From contig CM075991.1 of NCBI GenBank assembly GCA_038087875.1, positions 5,890,001-5,954,000 on the forward strand: a stretch of 64,000 nt of DNA, written 5' to 3'. The stretch's first letter is position 1; each line of letters starts with the position of its first letter. Below, piece by piece: positions 61,801-64,000 of the stretch. The notes below the pieces were generated by a model. The model made no database searches. It had not been told where the DNA came from and saw nothing but the letters and a program-made list of their open reading frames with translations. The DNA comes from Malacoraja senta. Lineage: Eukaryota. The translations under genes were made by a program, and so were the position numbers.

Positions 61801-62195
61801 CAGTGAAGAAAGCAAATGGCATGTTGGCCTTTATAACAAGAGGAATCGAATATAGGAGCAAAGAGGTCCGTCTGCAGTTGTACTGAGCCCAAGTGAGACC
61901 ACATCTGGAGTATTGTGTGCAGTTTTGGTCCCCAATTTGAGGAAGTACATTCTTGCTATTGAGGGTGTGCAGCGTAGGATTACAAGATAAATTCCCGGGA
62001 TGGCGGGACTGTCATATGCTGAGAGAATGGAGCAGCTGGGCTTGTGCACTCTGGAGGATGTGCACACTGAGAAGGATGAGAGGGGATCTCATTGAAACAT
62101 ATAAGATTGTTAAGGGCTTGGACAAACTAGAGGCAGAAACATGTTCCCGATGTTGGGGGAGTCCAGAACCAGGGGCCACAGTTTAAGAATAAGAA
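58854..62195 (+). mobile_element. CR1 ORF2 (duplicate of 15340-17990) with a 168-bp deletion and a Rex1 insertion
   Basis: Colinear with copy A apart from those indels. Confidence 0.9.
60766..61620 (-). mobile_element. 5'-truncated Rex1/Babar-type LINE
   Basis: VDFRK..TINGSAVE.V..KFLGVHI..KKAQQRLHFLRR..WYG..KALQRVVRTAEKI..LLPSGKRYRS..NSFFPQAIRLLN; (CTATTA)n 3' tail; absent from copy A. Confidence 0.9.
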
Positions 62196-62212
62196 TGTTT
62201 AAGAATGATTTT

Positions 62213-63365
62213 ACTCTGCCTTGGTCCACGCTTGCTTCTGACATATTCGAGTAGCGTGGCAAACAGTATCTGGTTCTTGTTGACTCGTATTCGGGCTGGT
62301 ACGAAATCGACCTGCTCCAAAGCCCAACATCCGCTGCAGTAATCCAAAAGCTGGCGCGCCATTTCGCCATACACGGTGCCCCCGCACGCCACTTGTCAGA
62401 TAACGGCAGTCAGTCAACTAGCCAGTGTTTTAGAAACTTTGCTCAACGATGGGATTTTCGCCATGTCAACAGCAGTCCAGAATTCCCACAATCAAGCTTA
62501 CTTGCAGAACGGGCTGTCCGGAGCGCCAAGCAATTGATGGAGCGCTCACACTTTGCTAAATCCCATGTCTCACCTGCGAAACCTGAGAAACATCGCCTGA
62601 GACCCAATACTCGGGTCTCCTGCCCAACACCTGTTGTCCCGACATCCCGTGCTGCACTTCCTGAGCCCCAACATCTACTGCAGCCACAGTTTCGTTCACC
62701 ACTTGCCATCCAGAAGCAACTCCAAATGAAACGCGATACCCAAACACGATTTTTTGACCACTTAAACCTCTACCCAGTGGCCAAGTCGCTCGCCTTCAAA
62801 CCAACAAGGATTGCGACGTTTGGGCTTCATCCACAATTCCGAAAAAGATTTGCGCTCATGCCTGGTGAGTGCAGAGGAGGGATCTACAGGCGCAACCGTC
62901 AACATCTCCTTCCTGTGAAGGAACCACGTCCTGCTGTCTCGTGTCCTGATGCGACGCGTCCGATCTACACATCTACTGACGGACTTTCTCCTCTCTCACG
63001 ACGTGCAGCTGCAGACCAACCATTGATTTTGACTCCAGCTCCCTCACCACCACCCTCGGTGCTCCGCTCGTCTGCCTCGCCGTGTTTGTCCCCCGAGTCC
63101 CCGGTGCTCCCGCCGCACGGTGAAGGGAGGAAATGCGGATCTGGACCGATGCGCGCGGAATGGGTTTGTAGGCCGCCCTTTAGATATGGGGACTTTGTTT
63201 GTATCAATAGTACGTATGCGCTATTCGCGCTTCGGTTACATTATTAATCAGTCAGCTGGTAGTAACGTGCTTCTACATATATATCACTTTATTGTAGATG
63301 TGTTTCACTTTATATTCTTACAAGAAAGATGTAGTTTTGTTACTTTACCTACTAACTAATGTAGT
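62213..63365 (+). mobile_element. Gypsy integrase remnant and start of the LTR (from about 63330)
   Basis: Homologous to 18008-19160. Confidence 0.85.
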
Positions 63366-64000
63366 ACATAGATACATAGATACATAGAAAATAGGTGCAG
63401 GAGTAGGCCATTCGGCCCTTCGAGCCTGCACCGCCATTCAATATGATCATGGCTGATCATCCAACTCAGTATCCCGTACCTGCCTTCTCTCCATACCACG
63501 TGATCCCCTTAGCCACAAGGGCCACATATAACTCCCTCTTAAATATAGCCAATGAACTGGCCTCAACTACCCTCTGTGGAGAGAGTTCCAGTGATTCACC
63601 ACTCTCTGTGTGAAAAGGTTTTTCCTCATCTCGGTCTTAAAGGATTTCCCCCTTATCCTTTAGCTGTGACCCCTTGTCCTGGACTTCCCCAACATCGGGA
63701 ACAATCTTCCTGCATCTAGCCTGTCCAACCCCATAAGAATTTTGTACGTTTCTATAAGATCCCCTCTCAATCTCCTAAATTCTAGCGAGTATAAGCCAAG
63801 TCTATCCAGTCTTTCTTCATATGAAAGTCCTGACATCCCAGGAATCAGTCTGGTGAACCTTCTCTGCACTCCCTCTATGGGTATAATGTCCTTCCTCAGA
63901 TTTGGAGACCAAAACTGTACGCAATACTCCAGGTGTGGTCTCACCAAGACCCTGTACAACTGCAGTAGAACCTCCCTGCTCCTATGCTCAAATCCTCTTG
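63366..64000 (-). mobile_element. CR1 3' end with (TATCTATG)n tail, inserted in the Gypsy LTR and running off the window
   Basis: YRVLVRPHLEYCVQFW..RRLRGDLIETYK..RTRGHS and CR1 3'UTR; absent at the matching position (about 19160) in copy A. Confidence 0.92.

Larger units (their letters stand above)
50154..63365 (+). repeat. Segmental duplication of 1-19160 (offsets 50153, then 43514, 43518, 43350, about 44205)
   Basis: Near-identical sequence and ORF-track translations at constant offsets between discrete indels. Confidence 0.97.

Noticed and set aside
62393..63247. 284-aa Pro-rich ORF as a host gene
   Set aside because: Frameshifted Gypsy integrase remnant; not open in the related copies.

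Overview
Eukaryotic, repeat-dense vertebrate DNA, most likely a cartilaginous fish (skate/ray type), judged from HE1/V-SINE-like SINEs, CR1 LINEs with 8-nt tails, Penelope fragments and an expanded GPR139-like receptor family. The host content is a tandem cluster of three two-exon GPR139-like class A GPCR genes: 12560-14520 intact, 29687-31646 with a premature stop, and 56074-58034 intact. Copies 1 and 3 sit in a very recent segmental duplication (about 1-19160 versus 50154-63365). The duplicates differ by an intact full-length L1 (3935-10558, 15-bp TSD), a Rex1 insertion, a CR1 insertion and a 168-bp deletion. An older inverted duplication (about 18008-21490 versus 47230-50236) is also present. 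The rest is nested mobile DNA: two more L1s, Gypsy remnants with LTRs, several CR1s, a DIRS element, L2, Tc1, Penelope fold-backs with hammerhead cores, and env-like remnants. The most novel-looking observation is that all three L1 elements carry a third ORF of about 105-115 codons in the ORF1-ORF2 spacer. It has a TM-like hydrophobic segment, overlaps the ORF2 AUG in the -1 frame, and lies over a covarying hairpin pair. In two of the three elements it has a conserved in-frame stop at codon 5 (M-x-F-Y-stop-G). All coordinates and alignments were read by eye; element ends without TSDs are approximate.
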